A stretch of DNA of 64,000 nt from Chrysomallon squamiferum (lineage: Eukaryota > Animalia > Mollusca), in assembly GCA_012295275.1 (NCBI GenBank), contig CM022677.1, positions 8,122,001-8,186,000 on the forward strand, read 5' to 3'. The notes below the pieces were generated by a model. It searched no databases. It was given only the letters and a program-made list of their open reading frames with translations, and had not been told where the DNA came from. Positions 13,701 through 28,790 of the stretch are shown in pieces. Both the position numbers and the translations under genes were made by a program. Position 1 is the stretch's first letter; every line of letters begins with the position of its first letter.

Positions 13701-16700
13701 AACAATAATAATAATATTAAACTTAAAAAATGTATAATTAATTTGCTTCATTATGGCTTCATTATGACAGTCAATGACATCAAATAAAATTCATTGTTTT
13801 TATTCAAGGGGCAAATCGAAAAAGAAAAGTGTTTTAAGTGAAATAGGAATTTTACAGTAATTAATTAAGTAATAATAATAACTCAAATAAACCAACAAAT
13901 AATGGAAAATGGTTGTTTAGAAACTGTTGAATTTAATTGCTAGGATTTTTTTTTATATACAATTAGCTGAATTCATCTAAAAGTAGTAAATTGAATTTAG
14001 CTCAGTCTTTTTCTATTAATGGTCTAAGGGAAATAACTCTATTTAACGGGTTTGTAAATAAAGAAAGAGAGAGAGAGAAAGAGAGATATAGTGAGAGAGA
14101 TGTACAGAATGCCATTTTTGTTGATTAGTGTTCATTCTAGTGCTTTGATTGTTTGTTTTTGTAAAATCGAACAAGATGCGTATATAAAAAATAATGATTA
14201 AATCAGATTATCTTTTGCTGGTTGACAACAAATAACGAAGATATTGATCAGTATATAAATAATAAAAACAGAAAAAGACTAGTCTTTATTTATTTATTTT
14301 TGTTTTAAACTATTTGAATGTGCCTTAACATTTTTAATGTTAACAAATTGAAAAATGTTCAGCATGATTTTCCATTTTGATTATTGTTTTTAGATAAGAT
14401 GAAATGGGTTTGTGTTTGTAGATGTCAGGAATTAAAACAGTTAAGAACAAATAATGTTATATTTTATTGTTATTTTATATCTTTTATTATTTATTTATGA
14501 ATTTATTTATTTAATTTCATTTTTCCACCAGAGTTTTATTATTATTAAATTATGATTTTCTATTTTTAAAGATTCCTTATTGAAATAATTCTTTCTAAAG
14601 TGTTGAGCTTTCTCTGGACAGGGAAGGCTGTGATGTAAAAGCATTCTGTGATCTATCTAGTGAACCTTTTCTGAAAATGGGTCTTACAGCATTTTCAACT
14701 GAAGTGCTGGCTGAGGCAGCTTGAATCTGTTGCCTAGGATCCTACAACAAAATATAATATTCATTAATAAACTAAACATAAAATAAAGTGCTAGTAGTAT
14801 TTTTGTTGTCAGCTCTAACTGCAGTTTACTGTCTTAGCAAGAAACATTTTACGCCACATTTTTATTTTATCCATAAAACTTTAATAATAACAATAATTTA
14901 TTAAATGTTTTTATATTCTCAATTTAAATCAGTTTAAGATTATTTTTTTAACTTTGATATAAAAGGATTAAAATAGCAATACATCAGTAAAAGTGATTAT
15001 ATAGCTATTCATTACACAATACAGATTCTATTTGAAATACTAACATACTAACAAATTATTTGATTATTTAAAACATTTAATTATAACATTCTTTCCTGCC
15101 ACTTTAATATAATTTAATTTTTGACATTAATGAAATATATTTTGTCTCATAAATAAACCAGAATTATTTTCTGCATTCAAGCAATAGTTACAATAAAGAA
15201 TCCTTTACATATAATTTAAAATGTATCTAAAACAAAGACAATATTACACATGCATGAGATAAAATAAGAAAATAAGCTAAATCTTTCAAGCCAATTTATG
15301 CATATTTCATCTGTCTACCAAATTTCAAAATATGGTAAATATCTTTAGCCCTACCATATAAATTATTAAATGTATGGATTTCAGATTACAGGGAGATATT
15401 AATAAAAGCAAATTTCAAATTTATACAAATGTTCTGTTCCCTACTCTATTAGGCTGGCATGCAAATTATTACAAGGTTTACACTGATTCTATACTACTAA
15501 TGTTCATTTTGCAAAAACACAAATGTATTATATTTTCATGTATGCTGCTTAAATACAGTTTAAATCCACAGACTAGTATATTGTGGTATATATATGACCT
15601 TTTTAAAATATTTTCTTTGTATTCTAATGAGATCTAATGATGCATTTATCAATTCAAATTATTTCCTGAAAGATAATTTAAAGTTAGATAACAAATATGT
15701 CTAAAATAAATTTGAATCTCATAATTAAAGCTAAAGTAGAATTTTTCATTCAGAAAGACCTTCAACAAAATTAACATAGATCTGTTTTTCTTTATGAACT
15801 AATTTCACACACACCTCAACATCATTCCTTAAGCCATGCATTTAATACCACCTTGAAAATGACCAAGGTGTAACCAGACTTGCTAATCATTATTCATTGT
15901 GAAAAATCCCACAATAAAGGGCAACTGATTATTTCTGATAACTGTTACTGAATCACAACAATTTGTATAAATGTTTAGAACTTGGCAGAAAAAACTATGT
16001 GATTGCAGTAATTTTGATAACATATTGCATTACCTTTCTGGGACAGCACAGTACTGACTCTATACATCTAATTTTAGATTTGATTAAAAATACAATAAAC
16101 TTATCCAGAATAATATTCTTTTAATCTGAAAAGATCATTTTAGAATCAGATGATATAATTAATGCAAACCACAAAAAAGTTGTTTATGCCTGCAGATCTT
16201 TTTGTTATATATGTATCATAAAGTTAGCAGATTTGATTCCTCAACAAGGAAGTGACCCAGCTGATAAAAAAAAAATCATTGAACAAAATAATGCAGACAA
16301 TCACATGATGCTGCAACACTAACAGTTAATGAGTTAAAACCTTGATTAAAAATATATTACAGAGAACAAAATAAAGAGAATTCTGCCATTTTCACTAAGT
16401 CTTCTTCTATATGAATGAAAATTACCTGTGATGCAAACAACTGAATTACCCTGAATAAAAATGGTGTGCAAATTTTTTTTTTAGTAAAGTAGCGGTTTCA
16501 CTTTATTTGCTGAATGGAAAAGTGTTGTGCCATTTTAATTTTTATTTTAACTTAACCTCTTAATTTTGTTCTATTATTGCTTTATTTATTCTTTGCATTT
16601 TATTATAGTTTTGAATTTATTCTATTCAAAATCAATTAGCTTAATATAAAAAACAATATAGTTGCGAATGTGAAACTGTAGAAAAATGTTTATCATTAAG

Positions 16701-18182
16701 TTCTGGTTAATATTTTTTAACAAAATTATTAAAATTACATTGATCACATTGATCACAAATTAAAGAAATTCAAAATTAATATTTCAAAGAAAACATTTTT
16801 AGCATTAGCAGTTTTTTTTAGCTCTCTTAACAATACTTATTATAACACTTTCGTTATATTCAAAGAACTAAAAACTTAAAATGATAAAAATAGTAGAATA
16901 ATGCTATAAGTGTATAATTAAGTTGTACATCACTATCAGACGAGAATCTAACAAGATTTAATTTTTTTAATGGTATTTTTAGCATTTGCATGAAATTGAA
17001 ATGATCTGCAAATGGTTTATTTTATGAATGCAGTGGAAAATAAACTGGCAGAATTCTTACTGATCTTTTAACTAGATAAGAAAAGTAACATAATCAGTGA
17101 CAATGTAACAACATGGAATATTCAAACAGTATACATATATTAGACAGGGTATATCTTATATCTTGCATGCGACCTCATATCAGATTAAACATAAATACAT
17201 ATAATGACCCCTTCATATATATAGAAAATTTAATTCTATGAAAGTGACTTGAAGAATTCCTATATTTAAAGTTTTTAAAACAGATCAGGGTTTTTCATTA
17301 ATTATAAATGCACTCACAAACACATATATACATATACAATTATCAAATGTATATAATTATAATTATGATGTAATAGTTCTAACAGACTGTGTTTAAAAAA
17401 CAAACTTATTCCAGATTTAATTACTATACAATGTTTTAGTGCAACACAAACACATAAACACATACATACATACATACATACAAGCTTGCAACTCACCAAC
17501 ATTCGTGAAGGTTTGGATTTGTCCATGTTTTCAGGTGAGATGATCTGAATGGTCACAATCAGTTTTACACATAATCACCTGCAACACCAGAAAGATTTTA
17601 TATACTTATAGTGAGTGAAAATAAATAAATATATAATGTGTAATCCACCAGATTGCTAGTTGATATTCTCAGTAATAGTTGAAATGCATATTAATAAAAA
17701 AACCAAAAAAAAACTGAAACAACAACAGTCACCCAGTGTTACTTCTGGAGATAACAAAAAACCAACAAACTGCCAACACAATCCAGCCCATTAAGAAAAG
17801 ATTTAAGGAAAAAAGAAGTAAAGAAAAATTTGTTTCTTGATAACTGTGTGATATTATCAATCTAATTATCATTTACAGTTTTTTATACAAATAAAACTTA
17901 AGAAAGAAAAGCAATACATTTTTCTCCTGTACCATTTCTGTACCAAATATAATTAAAACTTCACTGCTACCATTTTCTGCATATTCAGCAGGCTTATTGT
18001 CATCCATTCTGAAACAGAAATGACAGGGGTAATAAATCAAATAAGTCAGCAGGTAATTTAAATAGTTTGGAAAATAACAAAGAATTACTAAGAAATGTAT
18101 TTAAAATAATTTTAAAAAATAATAGAAATTACAATGTTTCCCATCAATGCAACAACTATCAGCAGTAAAACAAACCTTAAAC

Positions 18183-18857
18183 CTGTAGCATCTCAAAGAT
18201 CAACAATCTTTGAAGAGTGGCCTTTGTCATTCAAGACCTGACAACAGAAATGTCTCTTTCTCAATGGGCTCAGTCATCCAGTACTCAATCTCTGCAGCTA
18301 CCTGCATACTTGATTTCAGTACATGCAGCCTGTTCCATTGTTTTGTTGATGTGATTGTAGCTGCTGTCTGGAAGAGGGGGTGGCAGAATATTTGCAAGTC
18401 CACACACTCCCCACCTATACATCTCATCACAAATGCTGCTTGATGATTTATGGTGTTCACTGACCGGTTTCATACAGCAATTTGGTCACAAGAAGGGAAG
18501 GACCTCTGCCTGTTACACTTACTGTGGAACAATGAAATACAAATTCACTATCTAAATTTTAAATTAAGCATATCAACATGACAAAAACAATAAACAAGTT
18601 GTAACAAAATGTTCCAGCCAAATCATTATGTTGTTTCATTCTGTCATTGTCTTTCATTATTTTCTTCAGCTCTTCATTTTTCACCTGAGATCTAGTGGGT
18701 GTGGTCTTTCTTTTTCCAGGAATGTCATTTTCAGTTCCACTGACACTTGGCACTGTTAGTTTCCACTAAACTTTCAGCAGGTCCATTGTTTCTTGGTACA
18801 TACATGTGTTTCGTTTTTTTTTTATTTACTTTATTTTGAGCCAGATGGGTTGCCATT
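18183..18857 (-). mobile_element. Decayed Mutator-like transposase fragment
   Basis: Frameshifted minus-strand motifs INHQAAFVMRCIGG, PPPLPDSSYNHINKTMEQAA, SMQVAAEIE, RDISV and *MTxGHSSKI follow the Mutator-like pattern (AMRxIG, PPP, SMxxAA, DIxVSxDGTWxxRGHSS). Confidence 0.7.
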
Positions 18858-20230
18858 TTGGTTTTTGGGGCAGTATTGTTTTAATATATTTGAAGTTACA
18901 TTGAAAAAAGCTTCTTAACTTTATTTTTTAATTTTATTTTACATTATAAACTTTTCGGACAATATAAATGTTCACAACTGACTTGGTACAATTTAACGTA
19001 ACTATTGTTCTTGTTACATTTATCAGAACAATTTCTCTAAAAACAAATAATATTAGTACTATACTATAACTACTACCACCACTACAACCAGTAACTTGAC
19101 TATAACCAGTTTTTTTTAATCACCATGAGTCTCACAAGATACGGAGACAGCATCATCAACTAAAACATCACCAAGATCAATTCTACATCATTACTACAAT
19201 AAGTAGTTTATTATTAATAATGCTACAAGTACTAATGCTGTAAGAACAATATTACTACAACAACAGAACTGACTAATACTACTAGTATAACAATAACAAC
19301 CTCTACAGATGTTCCTTTCTGCCATATTCTTTGATGACATTTCTCTCCTGTGGTGACCTCACAGAATTAGCTCTTCTTGTGTACAGAGCAGTTTATTTAC
19401 CTTTTTAGTTATGTGTGAGTCTGTCAGAGAGACAGAGAGACCATGAAACATTTACATGTACATATCCTATTCAAAACCAAAACAGAAAACCAGACCTAAT
19501 ATAAATTATGTTGATTAACTAGTTATTAAGATTAATATATTTTAAAATTACCACCCGAGTCATTATTTTATTTACAAACATTATTTTATTAAACAAACAA
19601 TGAAAACTGAGATACAACAGCTACTGTACATCCATCTCCAATGTATTTTAGATGTCTGTCATTACAGGAATAGTAACAGGAAAGTTAAACATTTTAAAAT
19701 ACTCTGTTTTAAAATATAGACATTTACAACAAACTAATCAGGTCTATATGAATGGATCTGCTAAGGGTGTGTGTTTGTGTGTGTGTGTGTGTGTGAAAGA
19801 GAGACATGTAACATGATATAAAATGTGGTGTTACAAAATACTAATGTATGCGCATGTGTACTTATTGATATATTAGTTACAAAATGCAACTTCCTACATT
19901 AAATTAAATTAAACTTCGTTAGGTTTAGAATAATGAGAAATACATAAGAAAACAAATTCAAATTCACCTGTAGTTTTTTTTTTTCTCTTTTACAGTGACA
20001 GCAGTACAAACTTTATCCTCAGTGCTGGAGAGCACCTTCTGCTGAAACAACTTCACTAGCAAACCTAAACATCAATTATGTGCATTCTGAAAAAAAGAAA
20101 TACAAAATAAAATAATAAAAATAATAAACTGTTATAGATAAATAGCTAACGTTTTTGTTATTATTAAAATTTAAATTGTACAGGCACGATTTACTGGATT
20201 ATTCAGTAATTTATCACTAATAAAACATAC

Positions 20231-20630
20231 CCTGCCACTGTTGAGAGGTTTCTGAAAAAATTCTAACACCGGCCTGACACATCACTTGACAGCAGACTTG
20301 ATTCATATTATCAATAGTCTCTTGTATCCCTTCTCTGGAAAATGCACTGGATGTTTGTGATGCTGAAGTAGGGAACAGGGACCTGGGTGTATTGGTCCCA
20401 CTCTAAATCAGGTACAAGATTAGCTCAGTTGTTCAAATGTGGTGAGACATCTCCTGCTGCTCAACTTCCTGCCTGTTGTTTTTTCCACCATCACACTCAG
20501 CCATCACAGTTGTCTATCAAGTTGTTTTGTTTGACAGCATAGCAGATGAAGTGTTTTTACCAGCATCAGCTTGTTTTCACAAAACTGCATTCTTCAGTGG
20601 TGATCTGCCCTTTCCTTCTTGTTCCTGTCT
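20231..20630 (-). pseudogene. Second CAMSAP/Patronin exon fragment, with the coiled coil deleted
   Basis: Aligns to 3149-3690 (QEQEGKGRSPLK...SSAMLSNKTT*) with donor cagg|gtatgt. It lacks about 129 bp encoding the coiled coil. Confidence 0.75.
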
Positions 20631-23600
20631 CTAATACTAGATGTGGTGCACTGCCATGAACTGACTGAAGACAGGATACACATACCACAGTCTCTAACAT
20701 ATTAGATTCAATGCACTGCCTTGAACAAACAGACTCACTGTCAGGGTAGTAAACACCAGACACAACTCACTGGCTGGAACAGATTTACTGACAGTGTAGC
20801 ACATACCAGTCTCTAATATACTAGACTCAACATACTGGATGGAACACAGGGTATTAAGTACCACAGTCTAATATGTGATGTACTGGATGGAACAAACAGA
20901 TATCTTTAACGATATCTTTTCCACTTTATATCCAACCCCACATACACATAATAATGAAATAACAAAAATGTCTTTATTATAAACCAATACTTAAATGTTT
21001 TGTTGTGTTTATTTCAGTCTAAATAAATATAAAGCTTTATATATCTACAATCTATGATATCATAAAATATTAAAAGTTTGCAAAATATGTAATATGTTCT
21101 AACTGAAATTATTTTATTAATTTCCATGAATAATTTTTTTGATATATGAGAGAAAATATTAAACATAAAATGATACATTAGGAACAATTATATAATTATA
21201 TGAAATATTTAAATAAAATTTAACAATAAAAATTAAATATTATTACTAAAATAAAATTATTTACCTGCTCTTTTAAATTTTATTACAAATGTTATCAAAA
21301 ATTAGAGAACACCAAACTGATACATACTGGTTCAAACTGAAACACAACAGCTGGTAAAGTCAGTTCTCAGGAAGACATAGCAGATGTTCAGCAGCAAATT
21401 TCTGTAGGAAAAAAAATCATTCTTTACATGTTTTTTTCTTATGAAAACAATGCAGAACATTAAAAATACAGTTTTAATAGTGTCAGTATTTTATCATATT
21501 AATTACCAAGATTAATTATTTACATATTTTATATATAGTCTATTTAAAACCATGTATTATCACTGATAAATTCATTGCAGAATATTAAAAACAGACTTTA
21601 AGCAAACAGTGAAAATATTTTGTTATTTTATTAATTGCAAATATTAATTATTTAAATATTTACAAATTATAAATTACTGAAAACAATGCAGAACAACTAA
21701 TACAAATTTGTAGGTGACAATGATAATATTTGATTAATTATCAAGTTTTGTTTTAATTTTGAAATCTGTATGATATTAGAAAAACATTTTAATTAAGTTT
21801 TCTTTTTTTCTTTTTTTAAAATAGGATTTAAGGAAATAAGAATAAATATAATCTGCATATCATGCTAAGTAAATTTTACGCAAATTAGAATAAATATTAT
21901 CTTGCAAATATATAGGCAAAACAGATGAAAATTATTAACTGTTTTAACAGTTTTGCAGTCTTTTTTAGAGTATTAATAATAATCAATAAAATATTAAAAA
22001 CAAGAAATAACAGTAATTATTCATATTATATCAGTTTATGTGCAATTGTCACACTTGTATGTATTATTTCTCTGAATGCAAGTTAGGACCCTGTGTGCGT
22101 GTATACATGTGTTTGTGTGTGTGTGCGTGTGTGCATGTGCGTCTGTGCATGTGAGTGTGTGTGTGTGTGTTGGATGGGTGTTTGTATTTATGTGTGTGTA
22201 TGCATATTTGTGTATGCATGTATATCAGTGTTTGTGTATATTTATGTATGTGTGTATATCAGTGTTTGTTTGTGTGTGTGTGTGTGTGTTAATATACATG
22301 GTAAAATATTACATGAATATTTAACATCCTATTATACACACGACTGCACACATTAGACTTTCAGAACCAGGAAAAATAACACCAAGCTGACCTCTAAAAA
22401 TGCAACAACACAGAACACTTAAAAATCAGTAATTCAGAAGATTCAGAAATGGAAATTGGGATTTCCAAAAGATAGCAACTGAAAATAGTATTACAAGAAA
22501 AAAGCTGTTGGACACGTACTGTCATTTCTTGTGTGTTGTAGAGCTGTGTGTATTCAGGAAGATGACAGAAATAGTTTTATACATGACATTTGACTATCTT
22601 GTCACTGATCTTCAGAATAAAACAAAATAAAAAAATTAAATTAAATACAGATAATAAATGGAGGTCAAATGCAATACAGCACATTATTAAGATTATTTTT
22701 ATTTGTATCAGTATATTGACAGTAAAATATAATAAAATAATAAAATAAAAAGCTGAATACAGCTTCATTATGACATCTACAAAACATTTATTTTGTTCAC
22801 AGTTTTGTCTTGTTTATCTAGTTAAGATATATTACAATTAATTTTACAACTTAAATTTTCTTCTTTGCAATCAAATATAATTCCTTAACAAAGTCTTTAC
22901 ATGACTGAGTAATATTAATCCGAATTTATTTCGTTATTAAATATTATTTTTGTTGTTGTTGTTGTTGTTGTTGTTTTACTTTAGAATTCTAAATATTATT
23001 TGTATACTGCACTGTACAGTGGACTGTACTGGTCACAAATTGCTGTTTTTGTACACACATTCGTAGTAATGTCTCGTAAATAAACTGTAACACAAGAATG
23101 AAGAAAAGTCAGCTTAAAATGTTTCGTTTTTTTAATTGTAATAACATATTTTCCCGAGTGAGTAATTATAATTATTCTTCTGCAAGACCGTGTGGGCATT
23201 TAAAAATACTACCATGGCTCAACACTATGACTTTAGAGCACCATGGCAACCTTTTTCGAGAAGCGGGCCATTTGAGACACGGCTCATCGTCAGGCGGGCC
23301 GCAGGTACTAATTTAGGTGATTTTGTGGTTATACGTAGAGTTTATTTTAAGAAATATTCATTTTCATTTACTTCAGGAACTGTTATAATAAAAAAAAAAA
23401 TTATAAGTGTTTTACTAGATTAGTAGATACAAAATAAACTCATTTTATAAAATTTGAATTAACGTTATGTTCCTTGTGAAATTAGGCGGGCCACTCAGAA
23501 ATCCCTGAAAACGGTGATGATGCGATTGAAAAAGAATGAAAGGATTAAATGAGTAAACACGCAAAAGAAAATGTAAAACAAGACAGAAAAAAAAAAAAAT

Positions 23601-23836
23601 GATAGATAGAAGCGATAGAATGAAAACAAAGCAAATATAATTAGAATGAAAGAAAGAAAGCATAAAAGAACGAGAGACAGAAATAAATAAATAAAATAAA
23701 ATAAAATAAAATATGATCGACTGCTTGGAGAAAAAGTATTTCAAACGTCATGGGCATGTAATTTATTAATTTTTGTTCAGGTGGACTGAACTCATTGCAT
23801 TTATTTGTTTTACTTTCTTTTCTTCTTTTTGGTTTC

Positions 23837-23909
<73 letters not shown>

Positions 23910-24389
23910 GCACTGTTTATTATAAACTTAGCTCGCTTTGCTGGTACAGGGAAATATGTTCACGAATGAAGAGCTACCAAACATGTGCGCACACTCACAC
24001 ATGTACACACACACACACATGTACACACAAACACACACACACATTCACACACACATACACACAGAGGGATTTGTGGCTTATCTTTAAAAAACAACAACCG
24101 CGCGGTCACATCCGAATAAACCATAATTTACAATGGAGAAACAACAGCAACGATACTAACAACAACTACAACATAAACTAATTCTGGATAAATCGCTAGA
24201 TGTGATTTCACAAATAAAATATTTAAAACGGAGGATAAACGAAGAAACAAAGGCATATAAATATTAATTAATATTTTTTAGATACTTCAGTGCCTGTTTG
24301 ACCATCTGCTTCAAAGCACACACGCTCAAAAACGCGCGCTCACAGACACAGACACACAGACGCACACACACTGAAATATCAATGCACCA

Positions 24390-24490
24390 GACCTGTAACG
24401 ATTATTACGATACAGAATCGTATTGTGATACAAAGGTCCCGATACGATACATCGATTCGGGAAGGATGTATCCCGATACAGTATGACATT
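24390..24490. mobile_element. Probable end of a non-autonomous hAT-like element
   Basis: ctgtaacgat followed by multiple cgatac/gtatcg subterminal motifs in a CpG-rich patch. The opposite end was not identified. Confidence 0.4.
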
Positions 24491-27400
24491 TTAATAATTT
24501 TTGGTATACAGTTGATGAAGATATTTACGAACATGAAAACGTAACATCCACGTTTCGCCGCTGTAATTCCCGAACATTCAGGTTCCTATTAAAAGTCCTC
24601 GAGGTTGCTGTCGTCACGTAACCTGAACACGTCATCACATGACATGGAGGACATGTGCACTTTTATTTTTTTTTAATATTGTAATGAAATTTACTTTTTA
24701 GAAAGATTAATATGTTCCATTATACCCGAAATCGGTTGATTTATTTTCTCAAAATAATCTAATCTATATCTATATATATTATAAAAGTCCCACATGACTC
24801 TTTTTCCTTTCTACAGTTTAAAATGCGGCGGCTCTCTCAGTTTTGCCTTCAGTGAATTAAATATTTATTTATTTATTTATTTATTATTAATTTATGATTA
24901 ATTGTTGTTGCTGTTGTTGTTGTTATTATTACTATTATTTTATTTGATTTATTTATTTTTCTTTCTTTATTTATTTTATTATTCTTTTTTCTTTTTTGTA
25001 CATTTTATTTAACATATTTTACGTTTGAACTTTAGATATATTTTTAAAAGTAATTACAGTAGTATTACTGAATTTTAACGTGGATTAAACGTGGATGCTA
25101 CTTTTAAAAAAGAAAAGAAAAAACTGAGATGTGCCTAACAAGTCTCAATAGCAAAGCATAACTTTCTTCACACATGTATCTTAATTTTCCAGTGTTAAGT
25201 ATTTTAAATATTTAGTGGTAAAACGTTAAAAAGATGTTTAGTTTGAAACTATATATGTATATAAATATGTGTGTATGTATGTATGTATGTATGTACGTAT
25301 GTATGTATGTATGTATGTATGTATGTATATGTGTGTATGTTTGTTAATTGAAAGAAGTACAAGATCTTGTAATAGAAACAAATCAGACGTCATATTGGAT
25401 GTTAATGATTCGCTGTGTTTGATTGTACCGAGCATTCAGTTATGTGTGTTCTATTTTTCATTATTTACTTATTTGTGTGTGTGTGTGTGTGTGTGCGCGC
25501 GCGCGGCGCCCCTGTATTTACATATTGCTTCGTTTAGTTTTCATTTTACGTTTAAAATTAAAATAATTTTACAATATAAAAAAAAAACACGGATATTTTG
25601 TTTTTATTTAACTTTATTTTTTCACATTTCTTTTTTTTTTTTTTTTTTCTTATTTTTCTTAGTAGTATTTTAAGTACAAAATAAGAACGTATAAGAGGTT
25701 TTAAAAAATATTCGGTGCGTGTTTTCTCTCCTTAACTTTCAAATCTGGCTACGCCTCTGATGGGTGCTGAGGATATAAAATAGACTTAATTTTACAATCT
25801 ACATGTTCATAACTTGACAAACCGTATATACGTTTTACTAAGGCAAATACTGATTACACTATTTCTAAGATACATAATTATATGCCAATCCTGAAATAGA
25901 ATTAGTTCGTGAAAACAACGAATGATGCTGCCCTATTGAAATAATAATGTAAGTACAAATTCACGTACTTTTTATTATTATTATTTTTTTTATACGCCTT
26001 TACTGAACATTAACTTCAACAAATAAAATGAAATAAATAAAAGATCGTTTGGGTTGTCAGATATTGTGCAAAATAAACTGACGTCGAAATATTAAAATTC
26101 TCTGATTGTCGGTCCAGGGAAGTAACTCTGACTAATAACAATTAATATTTCTGTTATTAGTGTAGATGTTCTGTCTTCCTTATTCAAAACCTGTTTCCAT
26201 TGATGATGTCGTATTTCTAGTGTTTGCTGAACAAACCCAAACAGTAATGAAGTTGTAAACTTGTATTGTCAATATATTTGTTTTCTGGAAATTATTATTA
26301 TTAGTGATTTTTTAGAACCAGTATTATTCTGATAACTTGTTTGTGTCTTTTAAATAGTTACCAATCATTTGGATAAATATTTGTATTTATATTCACTTAA
26401 TGTTTTCTCTTAATTTAAAGGTCTGCCCTCTTTGTTTATTATATAATTTTTTTCTTTCTATTTTTTTATTTTTAATTTCCACAGAACTGACATAGGTTTC
26501 ACATCATTGAAAAAGAAACAGCAGTTGGCACCAACAACACCAGTACCACCATTAGACCTGAGACAAACTGACATCACCACACCAATCACTGAAAACTCAA
26601 ACTCAAACTGCGCCAAGAAAGATCCAGACACACTAGAAAAGAAACCACAATCACCACCACCCATTGCCAGAGGTATTTTGGTAAAAAGATAATGTCTAAG
26701 AAAGAATGGGAACAGAAAATGTTTGATCATGTGATTCGACTGACTAATCTTCTTGTGAAACTGGAGTTTTTGTTGAAAGCAGCCAGACCAAGCTTTAACA
26801 CCATTTCCACTTAGTCACATTTTAAATCTTTGAAAAACATTCAGGTAAATATGTCTTAGTCTATCTGTCTGTTTCTCTTTCTGTCTACCTCCCCCCCTAT
26901 ATTTATTTTATTTCTTTCTCTGCTTTTCTGTTTGTCTGTATTTCTCTCCTAGAAAATGTTCAGGTACATATGTTTATCTTTCTTACTATGTCTCTACTTA
27001 CTATATACTTGTCTGTTTTTCTGTCTCTAACTTTATGTATCATTTCTTATTTGTTCCTAATTATCATTTTTAGTTTTCTTTCTTTTTTCTTCCTTTCTTT
27101 CCTTTCTGTTTTTTAAAAATTATTTTGAAAGTTGTAATATTTGAAAGAAAGAAAGAAAATATTATCTTTCTGTAAGTTCTCTTTTGTTAGTTCTGAACAT
27201 AAATAGCTTTAGAATCAGTAATTTAAATAATTTTCAATTTATTTATAGTTTTAATTTATAAAAATGCTCTTAAAACAAGTTTTAGTAGAAAGTTGATTAT
27301 TTTTAGTTTATTTATTTTTATTTAATTATTAATCTTTCTGACTATCTTCTGTCTATGTATTTGATGTATGTATCTATCTATTTATCATTTATTTATTTTC

Positions 27401-28790
27401 TTATTATTTTTTATTTATTTAAAATATAATCATACTGAATTACATTATATTCGCATTAATTATTATTAACCTTTTCATTATTTTATGTAAAATTACAACC
27501 TACTGAATAATTTAGCGTTCTGTATTTTCATTATTTTTTAACTAGGTTTTAGATTTATCAGGAAACAGTTCTGGAACTGAGGCTTTCCGAGCTGTGTGTT
27601 TGGCAATGTGTTCTAACACAACAGTGATCTTCCTTAGCCTCACCACCAACAAAACAGACACTGAGAGTGCAGTGAGTAATCTTAATTATAACTGTTATAA
27701 AATATTTTATAATAATGATAACAGTAATAATAATAAAAAAAAAAAATAATAATAATAATAATAATAACAATAATAATAACAACAATAACAATACTAATAA
27801 TGACAATAATAATACTAGTAATAATATTAGTATAACTAGTAATAGTAATAATAGTAATAATAATAATATTAATAATAAAACCATATTGATTACATAATGC
27901 TTATACTTGTAACAAGAACTTATTTATATATTTATTTATGTATAATTGTGAAAAAAATTCTTGATTTTTCTTCTTCTTATTATTATTAGTAGTAGTAGTA
28001 ATTAGTATATGTAATTGTCCAATATTACCAGTTAGCTACTAATATTGCTACTTCTGCTACTATTCTACTACTGAGACAAATATAGTGACTTTCAACACAC
28101 TAAATCTATAAACAGTAACTATATATCTATATTTACCACTATGTCTGTTACTGCTATTTCTACTGTTGTTGCTTGTACTACCAGTGTTAATGCTTTTATT
28201 TTTAATACTATTATTACATCTACTACTTCTACTACTGCTGCTACTAGTACTACTACTACTACTGTGGTGTCTGCAGTTATTTACTACCTCTATGTATTGT
28301 ATCTACTTGTACTATACAACTTAAGCTAATTCTACCACAGTTATCACTATTACTGTTACTGCTGCGATTACCACTATTACTACAACTATTACCATTATTA
28401 CTACTCTTATTATTACCCTGGTACTATTAGCACTAATACTACAACTACTACTACTACTACAACTGCTGCTGCTGCTGCTACTGCAACTGTTACTAATAAA
28501 AAAACCTACAACAACCAATAGTTATACTACTGGTATTACTACAGCTACTACAACTGCTCTTACTATTATTACTGTTAAAACATTATGGTGTCTTCTACTA
28601 ACTACATTTTAATAATAACAAATAAATAAGTAAACAATTTGTGTTAATAGTTTTACTATCAATACACACAACTTTCAGAGCTAGTGATATTTTCTGTTTT
28701 TTATTTATTTATTTATGTATTTATTTATTTATTTTCAGAGCTATGTGTAGGCTCCACTGATATGAAACTTCTATCATCGAATCTAGTGGA

